A stretch of 64,000 bases of DNA from Octopus sinensis (GCF_006345805.1 NW_021832719.1:35782-99781); one strand, 5' to 3'. Shown: positions 24,614 through 36,726, counted from the stretch's first letter. Numbers and translations: made by a program. Notes: generated by a model not told the origin, from the letters alone.

Positions 24614-25361
24614 CCATTTAATTGAACAACGCAATCATTGCATCAATTTAAATTCAGTGCCATCATCAGCTGCACAAGTGAATAAATGGAATTTTAACAA
24701 GTAGGACACATGAATATAATTTTTCTTAAATAGAGTAAGAAGATGGAAGAAATTCATGTTGTCATTATTGTACCTAGGAATAGACTATATATATATACAT
24801 GCATCTAATGTTGTTTTGTAGGTACTCACATTCGGTCAAGATTCATCATATTAACAAAATACCAAATACAGAAGAGGCAGCAGCTCTGCGATATCAATTG
24901 TGATATTAACTGCAACGTTAACCTGTGATAGATGTTCGTTATTTATTCATTATGCCTGAATAATTAATTACCATGATACCATATATCCATTTAATTGAAC
25001 AACACAATCATTACATCAATTTAAATTCAGTGCCATCATCAGCTGCACAAATGAATAAATGGAATTTTAACAAGTAGGACACATGAATATAATTTTTCTT
25101 AAATGGAGTAAGAAAATGGAAGAAATTCCTGTTGTCATTATTGTATCTAGGAATAGACTATATATATATATACATGCATCTAATGTTGTTTTGTAGGTAC
25201 TCACATTCGGTCAAGATTCATCATATTAACAAAATACCAAATACAGAAGAGGCAGCAGCTCTGCGATATCAATCGTGATATTAACTGCAACATTAACCTG
25301 TCATAGATGTTCGTTATTTATTCGTTGTGCCTGAACAATTAATTACCATGATACCATATAT
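24614..25361 (+). repeat. 373-375-bp tandem duplication covering the 3' splice site, 5'UTR and start codon of the TMEM179-like gene
   Basis: Units start at 24614 and 24987; about a dozen substitutions between them. Confidence 0.9.
25197..25347 (+). other. Predicted 5'UTR part of the first coding exon
   Basis: CTAAT branch point + GTTGTTTTGTAG acceptor ending at 25196; in-frame stop before the ATG, so this part is untranslated; implies an unlocated upstream exon. Confidence 0.55.
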
Positions 25362-25706
25362 CCAGAGCAGACCCAGTCGAAGAATTTACAACCGCGGTTT
25401 GGAGGCTGCCCGTATTGTCCTAGTGGTGTTAGAACTTTCCGTGTCGGTGATCAGTTCTGTCACAATTATGACATTTGGATATTTGCTTAAGCATTTTCGG
25501 TGGCGTTGTCCCTTCTTCAGTCGGATGGTCGTCGAAATAGTTCCGACCGCTGTAAGCAACGAAACCATATTGATCGAGGGTCACACAGAATGGGGGAAGA
25601 AAGAAGAGTGCTGGTTCACTTTGACCGTTAGCATTATCATCACACTGTCCGGTTTCATATGGGCCTGGCTGCATTTGCACTTCAAACGAAGGGTCCATCA
25701 AGAAGG
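25348..25706 (+). CDS. TMEM179: TMEM179-family membrane protein, coding exon 1
   Basis: ACCATG start; TM1, then HFRWRCPFF and EWGKKEECWF (cf. F-x-G-R-C and WG-x4-C-x-F of TMEM179/179B, recalled), TM2; donor GG|GTAAGA, phase 2. Confidence 0.8.
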
Positions 25707-25785
25707 GTAAGAATATGATTTCGGTTGTTGAATTCACGCTTCATGGTTGATTTATTTCACATAGGATTTCGTCCTCATTGTCATC

Positions 25786-26354
25786 GCCATTGTCATCATC
25801 ATCATCATCATCATCAATTTCACTGTCACTATTACTGTGATCATGAATGTCATGCTGTCGTTGTCGTCATCATCATCATTGTCATCATCTTTGTCGTCGT
25901 CGTCGTCATCTTCATCATTGTCATCATCAACATCATCATCACCACCATCATCATCATCATCACTTTCATCATCATCATCATCATCACCTTCATCATCATC
26001 ATCATCATCATCATCACCTTCATCATCATCATCACCATCACCATCATCATCGTCATCATCATCATCAAATTCATCATCATCACCATCATCATCGTCACCA
26101 TCACCATCATCATCATCATCATCAATTTCATCATCTTCATCACCATCATGATCATCATCATCCTCACCTTTATCATTATCATCATCATCATCACCATCAT
26201 CATCACCATCATCATCATCATCACCATCATCATCACCTCCATCATCATCATCACCTCCATCATCATCATCACCTTCATCATCACCATCATCACCATCATC
26301 ATCATCATCACCATCACCATCATCATCACCTCCATCATCATCATCACCTTCATC

Positions 26355-26407
<53 letters not shown>

Positions 26408-26560
26408 CATCACCTTCATCATCATCATCATCTTCACCAACTTCACCGTCACTATTACTGTGATCATGATTATCATGCTGTCGTTGTCATCATCATCGTC
26501 ATCATCACCATCATCTTCGTCGTCATCATCATCATTGTCATCATCACCAACATCATCACC
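25786..26560. repeat. (CAT)n microsatellite
   Basis: Direct inspection; source of the poly-H/I/S/M ORFs. Confidence 0.95.
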
Positions 26561-26589
26561 ATTACCACTTGGTCTTGCTTCTGCTGGTT

Positions 26590-26965
26590 TGTTTGTTTGT
26601 TGAGCGAAGCGGTCTTCATCCCAGAGCTAGTGGGAGAAGTCCGAAACGTGGTCCTTTGCTATTCGTAAGACCCGCAGAAGAGGAAGCAGGTCAACCTTCG
26701 ACACCGAGAGCGTCGACGGATGGATGAATGCACATCCAGGCTCAGTGGTTGCGGAGGAAGTCGAGGACAAGAAACAGGAAGAAAGAGTGAGAAAAAGTTG
26801 GGGCAAAAGAGTACAACAGGGGTCGCCACCACCCCCTACCAGAGCCTCGTGGAGCTTTAGGTGTTTTTCGCTCAATAAACACACACAACACCCGGTCTGG
26901 GAATCGAAACCGCGATCCTCCGACCACGAGTCCGCTGCCCTAACCACTGGGCCATTGCGCCTCCA
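26590..26965 (-). mobile_element. SINE C head with an alternative 3' body and (CAAA)n tail
   Basis: Head matches family C; body diverges after CTTCCTGTTTCT. Confidence 0.7.
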
Positions 26966-27027
26966 CTTGCTTCCGCTGGTTCTCTGGCCTACAAACACTT
27001 GGTCACCCCCTCCATAATATAACTTCA

Positions 27028-27254
27028 TTAACCCTTTAGCATTCAAATTACTATGTCAAATGTAAAGCTTATTTTATTAATTAACATTGTTTTGAGTTAA
27101 TCATGGATTACCTCATAGCTTTGAGATTTCAAAGATGTGATTGTCTATTTTTAGAAGTACATTGTAGGGTAGGTGTGAGAGACCAGATATGGCTGGTCTG
27201 AGCATAAAACTGGTAGACTATTTGGGCCAGATTTGGTCAGCTTAAATGCGAAGG
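27028..27254 (+). mobile_element. Second TTAA MITE family (TTAACCCTTTAGCATT end), decayed
   Basis: Related, in reverse orientation, to the nested copy at 37909-38137. Confidence 0.6.
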
Positions 27255-27339
27255 CATCTTTTTGGTATAATTTAAAATATTAAAACACACATCTTAGATG
27301 TCATGGTTTACCGTAATTATTACATTTCTTTATCTCTAA

Positions 27340-28051
27340 CTAGCAGTATCGCCCGGCGTTGCTCAGGTTTGTAAGGGAAATAACTATATAAGCATTTTTA
27401 GAGAGTTACTTCCCTTATATAAACCGAGCAAAAAATGCATTAAAAATGCGAAAAAGTGATGGTAGATTTATTTTTAAATCGTAGACTCATCGTTGACGCG
27501 CGCTAATACCCAGAAGGGCTCAATATGAATCACGACTATATGATACCCGCTTTTGGTTAAACTGCACCGCAAAATCTGGGAGTAGTTAGGAATCTAAATC
27601 GGAGGAGACAGACTCTCACACACACAACTTCAGTTTTATATATAAACTAGCAGTATCGCCCGGCGTTGTTTGGGTTTGTAAGGGAAATAACTATATAAGC
27701 ATTTTTAGAGATGTAAAGTATAATAGCCATCTCAATATGGCTAACCACAAAGGGGGGGGGTGTTACTGTAGCTTTTTACGTTCTGAGATTTAATAATACA
27801 GTTTTAGAGAGTTACTTCCCTTATATAAACCGAGCAAAAAATGCATTAAAAATGCGATAAAGTGATGGTAGATTTTTTTTTAAATCGTAGACTCATCGTA
27901 GACGCGCGCTAATACCCAGAAGGGCTCAATATGAATCACGACTATAAGATACCCGCTTTTGGTTAAACTGCACCGCAAAATGTGGGAGTAGTTAGGAATC
28001 TAAACCGGAGACAGACTCTCACACACACAACTTCGGTTTTATATGTAAAGA
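27340..28051 (-). mobile_element. Head-to-tail Helitron dimer (27340-27646 and 27647-28051)
   Basis: Two hairpin + CTAG ends at 27340 and 27647; TC start at 28051. Confidence 0.85.
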
Positions 28052-28121
28052 TTTGTGGAATCAAAATCTCCAAATAATTCCATCTGTTTGTGAACATGTG
28101 TATTTGTTCTTTCTTTTGCAG

Positions 28122-28250
28122 GGTTTCACATTCCTACGTGTTCATAAGCATCATATGCGAATTCATTTTGTTTTTCTTCTCCCTCGTATCAAGTATTAAA
28201 ATCACCACTGGTGAACGAGTCTGGTGTGAAAATCTAGTGAAGCATATTCC
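28122..28250 (+). CDS. TMEM179: TMEM179-family protein, coding exon 2
   Basis: TTCTTTCTTTTGCAG| acceptor, CC|GTAAGT donor; 129 nt, phase 2-2; VSHSYVFISIICEFILFFFSLVSSIKITTGERVWCENLVKHI (TM3 + G-x3-WC motif). Confidence 0.85.
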
Positions 28251-28593
28251 GTAAGTATGTTTCCATTCTTCAAGAGTTCCAGTAATTGGTAAATGAATTT
28301 TAAAATTTTACAGAATGTTTTATAGAAGCGAAAAAAGTTGAGGAATTGGAAAATTATAGATAAAATTCCAGTACAACTTGCTGACTTTTATTACCACTTA
28401 TAAATAACCATTCCAGTTTTGGAGTCTTTCCTTGCTAGCTTGAATGGTTAGAGATAACAGCTGAATTTTCCTCAAATCATATCTGCTTACTCATATATAT
28501 ATAGGGAGAGTTTACGAAAAAAACAAAAGACGAAGACAAGTGGTGTACAAAACAAACAGATGTATTAGTATAATGCTCAGGAATAGAAAAAGT

Positions 28594-28629
28594 CTTTTAC
28601 GTTTCGAGCCTATGCTCTTCTACAGAAAG
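28594..28629 (-). ncRNA. Minimal hammerhead-like motif with variant core (CUGUAGA)
   Basis: CTTT-CTGTAGA-A-GAGC ATAG GCTC-GAAA-CG-TA-AAAG; second copy at 29837-29872. Confidence 0.55.
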
Positions 28630-28824
28630 GGACACAGAAAAAACAAGGAGAGAAAAAAATGTGTGTAGTGGGTAATATATATATATATATATATATAAGC
28701 ATAATTAAGGGATTAGCAAAAAGTTGCTTCACCACATACCGAAAATTTAGAAATAGCAGTCAAAACTGCTAATTCTTCTACTACAATATATCTCCACAGA
28801 CAGCAATACTCGTAACTCACATAG

Positions 28825-28859
<35 letters not shown>

Positions 28860-28864
<5 letters not shown>

Positions 28865-29050
28865 CAGGTGGCACGTAAAAAGCACCCACTACACTCACGG
28901 AGTGGTTGGCGTTAGGAAGGGCATCCAGCTGTAGAAACACTGCTAGATAAGATGAGCCTGGTGCAGCCTTCTGGCTTCCCAGATCCCCGGTCGAACCGTC
29001 CAACCCATGCTAGCATGGAGAACGGACGTTGAACGATGATGATGATGATG
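28860..29050 (-). mobile_element. SINE/LINE tail family E with (GAT)n end
   Basis: GTGGTTGGCGTTAGGAAGGGCATCCAGCTGTAGAAAC...GGACGTTGAACGATGATG; also at 20.6k, 30.6k, 35.5k, 47.3k and 55.4k. Confidence 0.75.
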
Positions 29051-29072
29051 TTGATGATATATATATATATAT

Positions 29073-29585
29073 GCGCAGGAGTGGCTGTGTGGTAAGTAGC
29101 TTGCTAACCAACCACATGGTTCCGGGTTCAAACGAAATGCGGCCACGCATTTCGCCCGACGTGCTAACGTTTCTGCCAGCTCGATACATATATACGTACA
29201 TACCCAGGAGTGGCTGTGTGGTAAGTAGCTTGTTTACCAACAACATGGTTCCGGGTTCAGTCCCACTGCGTGGCATCTTGGGCAAGTGTCTTCTGCTATA
29301 GCCCTGGGCCGACCAATGCCTTGTGAGTGGATTTGGTAGGCGGAAACTGAAAGAAGCCTGTCGTATATATGTATATATATGTGTGTGTCTGTGTTTGTCC
29401 CCAAAACATCGCTTGACAACCGATGCTGGTGTGTTTACGTCCCCGTCACTTAGCGGTTCGGCAAAAGAGACCGATAGAATAAGTACTGGGCTTACAAAGA
29501 ATAAGTCCCGGGATCGATTTGCTCGACTAAAGGCGGTGCTCCAGCATGGCCGCAGTCAAATGACTGAAACAAGTAAAAGAGTAAT
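29073..29585 (+). mobile_element. SINE A (partial head, SINE B fragment, full copy)
   Basis: Match to other copies. Confidence 0.8.
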
Positions 29586-29836
29586 TGGAAAATTATAGAT
29601 AAAATTCCAGTACAACTTGCTGACTTTTATTACCACTTATAAATAACCATTTCAGTTATAGAGTCTTTCCTTGCTAGCTTGAATGGTTAGAGATAACAGC
29701 TGAATTTTCCTCAAATCATATCTTCTTACTTATATATATATATATAGGGAGAGTTTACGCAAAAAGCAAAAGACGAAGGCAGGTGGTGTACAAAACAAGC
29801 AGATGTATTAGTATAATGCTCAGGAATAGCAAAAGT

Positions 29837-29872
29837 CTTTTACGTTTCGAGCCTATGCTCTTCTACAGAAAG
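29837..29872 (-). ncRNA. Second copy of the variant minimal hammerhead-like motif
   Basis: Identical to 28594-28629. Confidence 0.55.
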
Positions 29873-29915
29873 GGACACAGAAAACACAAGGAGAGAAAAA
29901 AATGTGTGTAGTGGG

Positions 29916-29949
<34 letters not shown>

Positions 29950-30098
29950 ATAATTAAGGGTCAAGCAACAAGTTGCTTCACCACATACCGAAAATTTAGA
30001 AATAACAGTCAAAACTGCTAATTCTTCTACTACAGTATATCTCCACAGACAGCAATACTCGTAACTCACATAGGCAAAATATATATATATATACATAG

Positions 30099-30145
<47 letters not shown>

Positions 30146-30150
<5 letters not shown>

Positions 30151-30505
30151 AGGAGTGGCTGTGTGGTAAGTAGCTTGCTAACCAACCACATGGTTCCGGG
30201 TTCAGTCCCACTGTGTGGCACCTTGGGCAAGTGTCTTCTACTATAGCCTTGGGCCGACCAAAGCCTTGTGAGTGGATTTGGTAGACGGAAACTGAAAGAA
30301 GCCTGTCGTATATATGTATATATATATATATGTCTGTGTTTGTCCCCCTAGCATTGCTTGACAACCGATGCTGGTGTGTTTACGTCTCCGTCACTTAACG
30401 GTTCGGCAAAAGTGACCAATAGAATAAGTCCCGGGGTCGATTTGCTCGACTAAAAGGCGGTGCTCCAGCATGGCCGCAGTCAAATGACTGAAATAAGTAA
30501 AAGAG
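30146..30505 (+). mobile_element. SINE family A
   Basis: Match to other copies. Confidence 0.85.
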
Positions 30506-30971
30506 AGAGAGTAATATATACATCAAATCAAATCAAAATCAAAATCGATCAACATCAATGGAAATTGTAGCTGTGATACCAGTGCCGGTGGCACGTAAGA
30601 GAACCATCCGAACATGGCCGTTGCCAGCGCCACCCCGACTGGCCTCCGTGCGAGTGGCCCCTAAAAAGCACCATCCGATCATGGCTGTTGCCAGCCTCGC
30701 CTGACCTTCCTGCCGGTGGCACATAAAAAGCAGCATCCGATCATGGCCGTTTGCCAGCCTCCCCTGGCACCTGTGCAGGTGGCACGTAAAAAGCACCCAC
30801 TACACTCTCTGAGTGGTTGGCATTGGGAAGGGCATCCAGCTGTAGAAACTCTGCCAGATCAAGATTGGAGCCTGGTGCAGCCACATGGTTCACCGGCCCT
30901 CAGTCAAAATCGTCCAACTCATGCTAGCATGAAAAGCGGATGCTAAACGATGATGATGAGGATGATGATAT

Positions 30972-31252
30972 ATATTCTGTTGTGTCTGGGGAGAGTCATT
31001 TTCTTTTAGTGCCTTATAATGTAACACACTCAATAGTAAAATTTTCTCTTATTTCTTTATTATTTTTCTAAAATTTTCCTTGCGTCTTGCAACCTTTTCA
31101 AGACTATTGAAAAGGTTGCAAGATGCAATGAAAATTTTTTGAAAAATATTTTTTAAAATAATGAAAAAGAAATAAGTGGAAATTTTACCGGTGAATGTGT
31201 TAAATTATAAGGCACTAAAAGAGAATGACTCTCCCCAGACACAACAGAATAT
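30972..31252. repeat. 281-bp fold-back element
   Basis: ATATTCTGTTGTGTCTGGGGAGAGTCATT mirrored at the right end; central TCTTGCAACCTTTTCAA-GACTA-TTGAAAAGGTTGCAAGA hairpin. Confidence 0.9.
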
Positions 31253-31300
31253 GCTTCAACACACAAACTCACATAAAGAATCTTGCAAACCAAATCCAAA

Positions 31301-31331
<31 letters not shown>

Positions 31332-31526
31332 GTGTAATAAATAAAATATATGCATACATACAAACATATATGTACGTACCTACATCTACATGTATATATA
31401 CATGCATATATAAATATATATACGTGTGTACAGGACACCACAAATAGACGTAGAACTCAACGAGAAACGAAAACGGAAAAACCATTTTTTTACAACAGGA
31501 CATACTACACAAGGAAAAATCCCCTT

Positions 31527-31609
<83 letters not shown>

Positions 31610-31731
31610 TATACATATCACTGTGACCAACCAGGCTATCAGATGTTGCTACACATCGCTGGTCACAATGTGCTAAGCATTGTTTTAGCCTTCAAAGCGA
31701 GCAGGCCACACACACACACACACACACTCAC

Positions 31732-31776
<45 letters not shown>

Positions 31777-31982
31777 AAGGAGAGAGTGTGTTTGTGTATG
31801 TGTGTGTGAAAGTGTGTATGTGAGAGTGTGCATATGAAAGGGTGTGTGTGTGAAACAATAATAGCACCGAAGTAGGAGATAAAAGAACAACACGCCTTCT
31901 GTCGACAGGTGCCACTCCAATTTGTGTGATTGGTGACCACCACCACTGACCGTGGGCCTACCATACTTCTCACAGCAATAAA

Positions 31983-32218
31983 CCTATTTCTTTATTAGCC
32001 ACAAGGGGCTAAACATAGAGGGAACAAACAAGGACAGACATAGGTATTAAGTCGATTATATCGACCCCAGTGCGTAACTGGTACTTAATTCATCGACCCT
32101 GAAAGGATGAAAGGCAAAGTCGACCTCGGCAGAATTTGAACTCAGAACGTAAACGGCAGACGAAATACCGCTAAGCGTTTCGCCCGGCGTGCTAACGTTT
32201 CTGCCAGCTCACCGCCTT
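31983..32218 (-). mobile_element. SINE family B
   Basis: Full-length match. Confidence 0.85.
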
Positions 32219-32539
32219 ATCACAGCAATAAACCATGATGTCACTCATTATTATTATAATTATTATTATATTATTATTATTATATTATTATTATTATTAT
32301 TATTGATGACATCACCATCGTGTGAGTCAGGAAGACTTAAGACAGAAGCAGGGGGGGGTGAGCGAGTGGGGGAGGGGCACTACAACAACAGCCCAGAGTG
32401 TTAATGCGAACGGAGAATAAGACACAGACTAATCTCTTAATTAAAACAAAACCCCAATCAATAGAACGAAAATAATTATCTTGGCCCAGATAAATTGGAG
32501 GAAATCTGCCAAAAATAAAAAGTCGGTATTCTCTTTTTC

Positions 32540-32940
32540 TCTTCTTACTTGTTTCAGTCATTTGACTGCGGCCATGCTGGAGCACCGCCTTTTTAGTCGA
32601 GCAAATCGACCCCCAGGACTTATTCTCTTTGTAAGCCAAGTACTTATTCGATCGGTCTCTTTTGCCGAATCTCTAAGTGACGGGGACATAAATACACCAG
32701 CATCGGTTGTCAAGCAATGCTAGGGGGACAAACACAGACACACAAACACACACATACATACATATATATATATATGACAGGCTTCTTTCAGTTTCCTTCT
32801 ACCAAATCCACTCACAAGGCATTGGTCGGCCCGGGGCTATAGCAGAAGACACTTGCCCAAGATGCCATGCAGTGGGACTGAACCCGGAACCATGTGGTTG
32901 GTTAGCAAGCTACTTACCACACAGCCACTCCTGTGCCTAT
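32540..32940 (-). mobile_element. SINE family A
   Basis: Full-length match. Confidence 0.9.
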
Positions 32941-32948
32941 ATATATAT

Positions 32949-33237
32949 ATTTTTTATAATTATGAGTATAATTATAATTAGGGTTCAGCAAAAAAATTTG
33001 CTTTGCCACATACCAAACTTTAGAAATAGCAGCCAAAGATCTTAGCTATTTCTTCTAATATAAGAAGAAACTCCCAGACAAACGTATACTCAAAACAATT
33101 CATGTATGCCTACGAGTTTCTTCTTATAGTAGAAGAAATAGCTAAGTTCTTTGGCTGCTATTTCTAAAGTTCAGTATGTGGCGAAGCAAATTTTTTGCTG
33201 AACCCTAATTAAAATTATACTCATAATTATAAAAAAT
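32949..33237. repeat. 289-bp fold-back (about 125-bp arms, 40-bp spacer)
   Basis: 32949-33073 versus 33114-33237; arm sequence related to 28715-28785, 29960-30030 and 59740-59818. Confidence 0.9.
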
Positions 33238-33716
33238 AATGTTTAAGTTTACCGAAAATGGTCCTTTTAACATGCCGAATACTACTTGGTGGAATTATTA
33301 ATTACTAATTAATTAATTAATTAATTTTACTCTTTATTATTATTGGTATATAAACCTCGCTAAGATAAATATTTCAATTAACCTGAAGATTGACTGTAAC
33401 CATAACTCGAATTATTACGAATTGTACAGCCATGAAACAATCGTAGTGTTTTACTCTTTATCTTTTATTAAACTTTTAATACTTTTGATATATATTTAAA
33501 ATAATATAAATTAATTAATTTTATATATTGGCTTATGTTTTTCATTGTTTGATTTGCCTAATAGTGGTTTTTTTCTCTAATTTAATATAATATAATATAA
33601 TATATTTTACTATAAAATTGGATTTAATCCTAAATCTGATTTTTCCCTGTAAGTTTGGATTTATTCCCTAATATTTTATTATATATATATTATTTCTTTT
33701 TCTTTTCTTTTCTTAG

Positions 33717-33801
33717 TTACACTTGCCATGAAGTCTTTCAATTGCGTTGGCGGTATTTCAAAGTCCAGAGAGATATATCTACTTATGTGAAAGTTACAAA
33801 G
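33717..33801 (+). CDS. TMEM179: TMEM179-family protein, coding exon 3
   Basis: TTTCTTTTCTTAG| acceptor, AAG|GTAGAT donor; 85 nt, phase 2-0; YTCHEVFQLRWRYFKVQRDISTYVKVTK. Confidence 0.8.
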
Positions 33802-34269
33802 GTAGATATTTCTCTTAATATATATTGGTTTCAAATTTTGGCACAAGGCCAGCAATTTTGGGGAAGGGGTTAGGGTTGATCACATTGCCCCCAAAGTTCA
33901 ACCAGTACTTATTTTATCGACTCCGAAAGGATGAAAGCCGAATCCAAACCCAGAACGTAAAGACAAGACAAAATACCTATTTCTTTACTACTCACAAGGG
34001 GCTACACTCAGAGGGGACAAACAAGGACAGACAAATGGATTAAGTTGATTACATTGACCCCAGTGCGTAACTGGTACTTATTTAATTGACCCCCGAAAGT
34101 GTTTATTACACTATTTTATTTTCATTTTTGTGACGGGGTTAAGTCGATTACATCGACCCCAGTGCGTAACTGGTACTTAATTTATCGACCCCATGCTCTT
34201 AACAACTATGCCATATGCCTGTGGACAATTATGGAGTGAATTTTAGGGGCTTATAAATCTAATATACAT

Positions 34270-34610
34270 ATTTACGATGGGCTTCTTTCAGTTTCCGTCT
34301 ACCAAATCCACTCACAAGGCTTTGGTTGGCCTGAGACTATAGTAGAAGACACTTGCCCAAGGTGCCACGCAGTGGGACTGAACCCGGAACCATGTGGTTG
34401 GTTAGCAAGCTACTTACCATACAGCCACTCCTATGCCTATATATGTATATATATATATATGATGGGCTTCTTTCAGTTTCCGTCTACCAAATCCACTCAC
34501 AAGGCTTTGGTTGGCCCGAGGCTATAGTAGAAGACACTTGCCCAAGGTGCAACACAGTGGGACTGAACCTGGAACCATGTGGTTGGTAAGCAAGCTACTT
34601 ACCACTCAGC
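34270..34610 (-). mobile_element. Two tandem SINE A heads
   Basis: Match to other copies. Confidence 0.85.
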
Positions 34611-34729
34611 CATTTTCATCACCATGTATTGTGTGCTTCTTGCAGTGCATTGGTGACGCTACTATAAAAGTCTTCCTGATTAATTGCGAGTTCTACCATT
34701 GGTTGAAGCCTTAGTGTTACTTTTTCTAA

Positions 34730-35110
34730 GGGGGCGCAATGGCCCAGTGGTTAGGGCAGCGGACTCGCAGTCGTAGGATCGCGGTTTCGATTCCCAGACC
34801 GGGCGTTGTGAGTGTTTATTGAGTGAAAACACCTAAAGCTCCACGAGGCTCCGGCAGGGGATGGTGGTGATCCCTGCTGTACTCTTTCACCACAACTTTC
34901 TCTCACTCTTACTTCCTGTTTCTGTTGTACCTGTATTTCAAAGGGACCAGCCTTGTCACTCTCTGTGTCACGCTGAATATCTCCGAGAACTACGTTAAGG
35001 GTACACGTGTCTGTGGAGTGCTCAGCCACTTACACGTTAATTTCACGAGCAGACTGTTCCGTTGATCGGATCAACCGGAACCCTCGTCGTCGTAACCGAC
35101 GGAGTGCTTC
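34730..35110 (+). mobile_element. SINE family C, full length
   Basis: tRNA-like head through GTCGTAACCGACGGAGTGCTTCC tail. Confidence 0.9.
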
Positions 35111-35184
35111 CACCACTTTTTCAAACTTTCTCATAGTGTTTCCTTGGCAGAGACATTGGGGAGGTTTGCCATTGACTACCCCCC

Positions 35185-35723
35185 ATTGTTTGTTCGTTCC
35201 TTCTTGAGCCATGCCTGGCTTATAAGGGCTGGTTTCCCGGTTTCATTAGTGTGTAGGTTCCCCACTTGGACAGGACACTGATCCGTCGCAGGTGAGCTGC
35301 AAGATACAGGAGGAAAGAGTGAGAGAAAGTTGTGGCAAAAGAGTCAGCGGAGGTTTCGCCATTACCTTCTGCCGGATCTGCGTGGAGCTTAGGTGTTTCG
35401 CTCATAAACACACACATCGCCCGGTCTGAGATTGGAACCCATGATCCCTCGACCGTAAGTCTAGGCCATGTGCCTCCACTATATCATCATCATCATCGTT
35501 TTACGTCTGTTTTCCATGCTAGCATGGGTTGGACGATTCAACTGGGGTCTGGGAAGCCAGAAGGCTGCGCCAGGCTCAGTCTGATCTGGCAGTGTTTCTA
35601 CCGCTGGATGCCCTTCCTAACGCCAACCACTCCGTGAGTGTAGTGGGTGCTTTTTACGTGCCACCTGCACAGGTGCCAGACAAGGCTGGCAAACGGCCAC
35701 GATCGGATGGTGCTTTTTACATG

Positions 35724-35814
<91 letters not shown>

Positions 35815-35830
35815 CTATATATATATATTA

Positions 35831-35861
<31 letters not shown>

Positions 35862-35910
35862 TATATATATAATATATATATATTATATATTATATATATA
35901 TATATAATAT

Positions 35911-35982
<72 letters not shown>

Positions 35983-36552
35983 GAGCCATGCCTGGCTCAT
36001 AAGGGCCGGTTTGCTTGGCGTATAGGTTCCGCACCTGGACGGGACGCCAGTCCGTCGCAGGTGAGCTGCAAGATGCAGGAGGAAAGAGTGAGAGAAAGTT
36101 GTGGCAAAAGAATCAGCGGAAATCTGCCATTACCTTCTGCCGGAGCCTCATGGAGCTTAGGTGTTTCGCTCATAAACACACACATCACCCAGTCTGAGAT
36201 TTGAACCCGCGATCCCTCGACCGTAAGTCTAGGCCATGTGCCTCCACTATATATACATATATATATATATATCGAGCCATGCCTGGCTCATAAGGGCCAG
36301 TTTGCTTGGCGTATAGGTTCCCCACCTGAATGAGACGCCGGTCCGTCGCAGGTGAGCTGCAAGATGCAGGAGGAAAGAGTGAGAGAAAGTTGTGGCAAAG
36401 GAGTCAACAGAAGTTCACCATTACCTTCTGCCGGAGCCTCATGGAGCTTAGGTGTTTCACTCATAAACACACACATCGCCCGCTCTCAGATTCGAACCCT
36501 CGATCCCTCGACCGCAAGTCCACTGCTCTAACCACTGGGCCATGTGCCTCCA
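35185..36552 (-). mobile_element. Three SINE family D copies with a family E tail and a long (TA)n between them
   Basis: GTGGAGGCACATGGCCTAG head, GGCCCTTATGAGCCAGGCATGGCTCGAG tail; the first two copies share a head deletion. Confidence 0.85.
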
Positions 36553-36726
36553 CATAGCCCCAACTGGATGGCCGTTGGTCCACAAGCAGCTCATCATCTG
36601 CCGTTCAAGAATTTGGACCTGGAGATCTCCATTTCCAGCGACTTTGAGGGCCACCTCCCAGTGGTGTTGGGCATCATTGAAGAGCCCTCGTCTGTAACAA
36701 TACGACCAACGATTTTTTTTTTTCCA

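Larger units (their letters stand above)
28344..30110. repeat. About 520-bp direct duplication (28344-28860 and 29583-30110) separated by SINEs
   Basis: AATTGGAAAATTATAGATAAAATTCC...CATAGGCAAAA present twice. Confidence 0.85.

Noticed and set aside
24826-24925. Apparent minus-strand exon (GTGAGTA donor, LTLQLISQLISQSCC...)
   Set aside because: No partner exons; better explained as the plus-strand 5'UTR of the TMEM179-like gene
25366-25706. Alternative acceptor TCCAG|AGC at 25365
   Set aside because: No polypyrimidine tract; the upstream ACCATG and the strong acceptor at 25196 fit better
25725-26668. Long poly-His, poly-Ile and poly-Met ORFs (200-290 aa)
   Set aside because: Translations of a (CAT)n microsatellite, open in several frames; lies in intron 1
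34646-34720. CTTCTTGCAG acceptor in intron 3 as a candidate exon
   Set aside because: The phase-2 frame hits TAA after six codons, no convincing donor follows, and the gene model is complete without it
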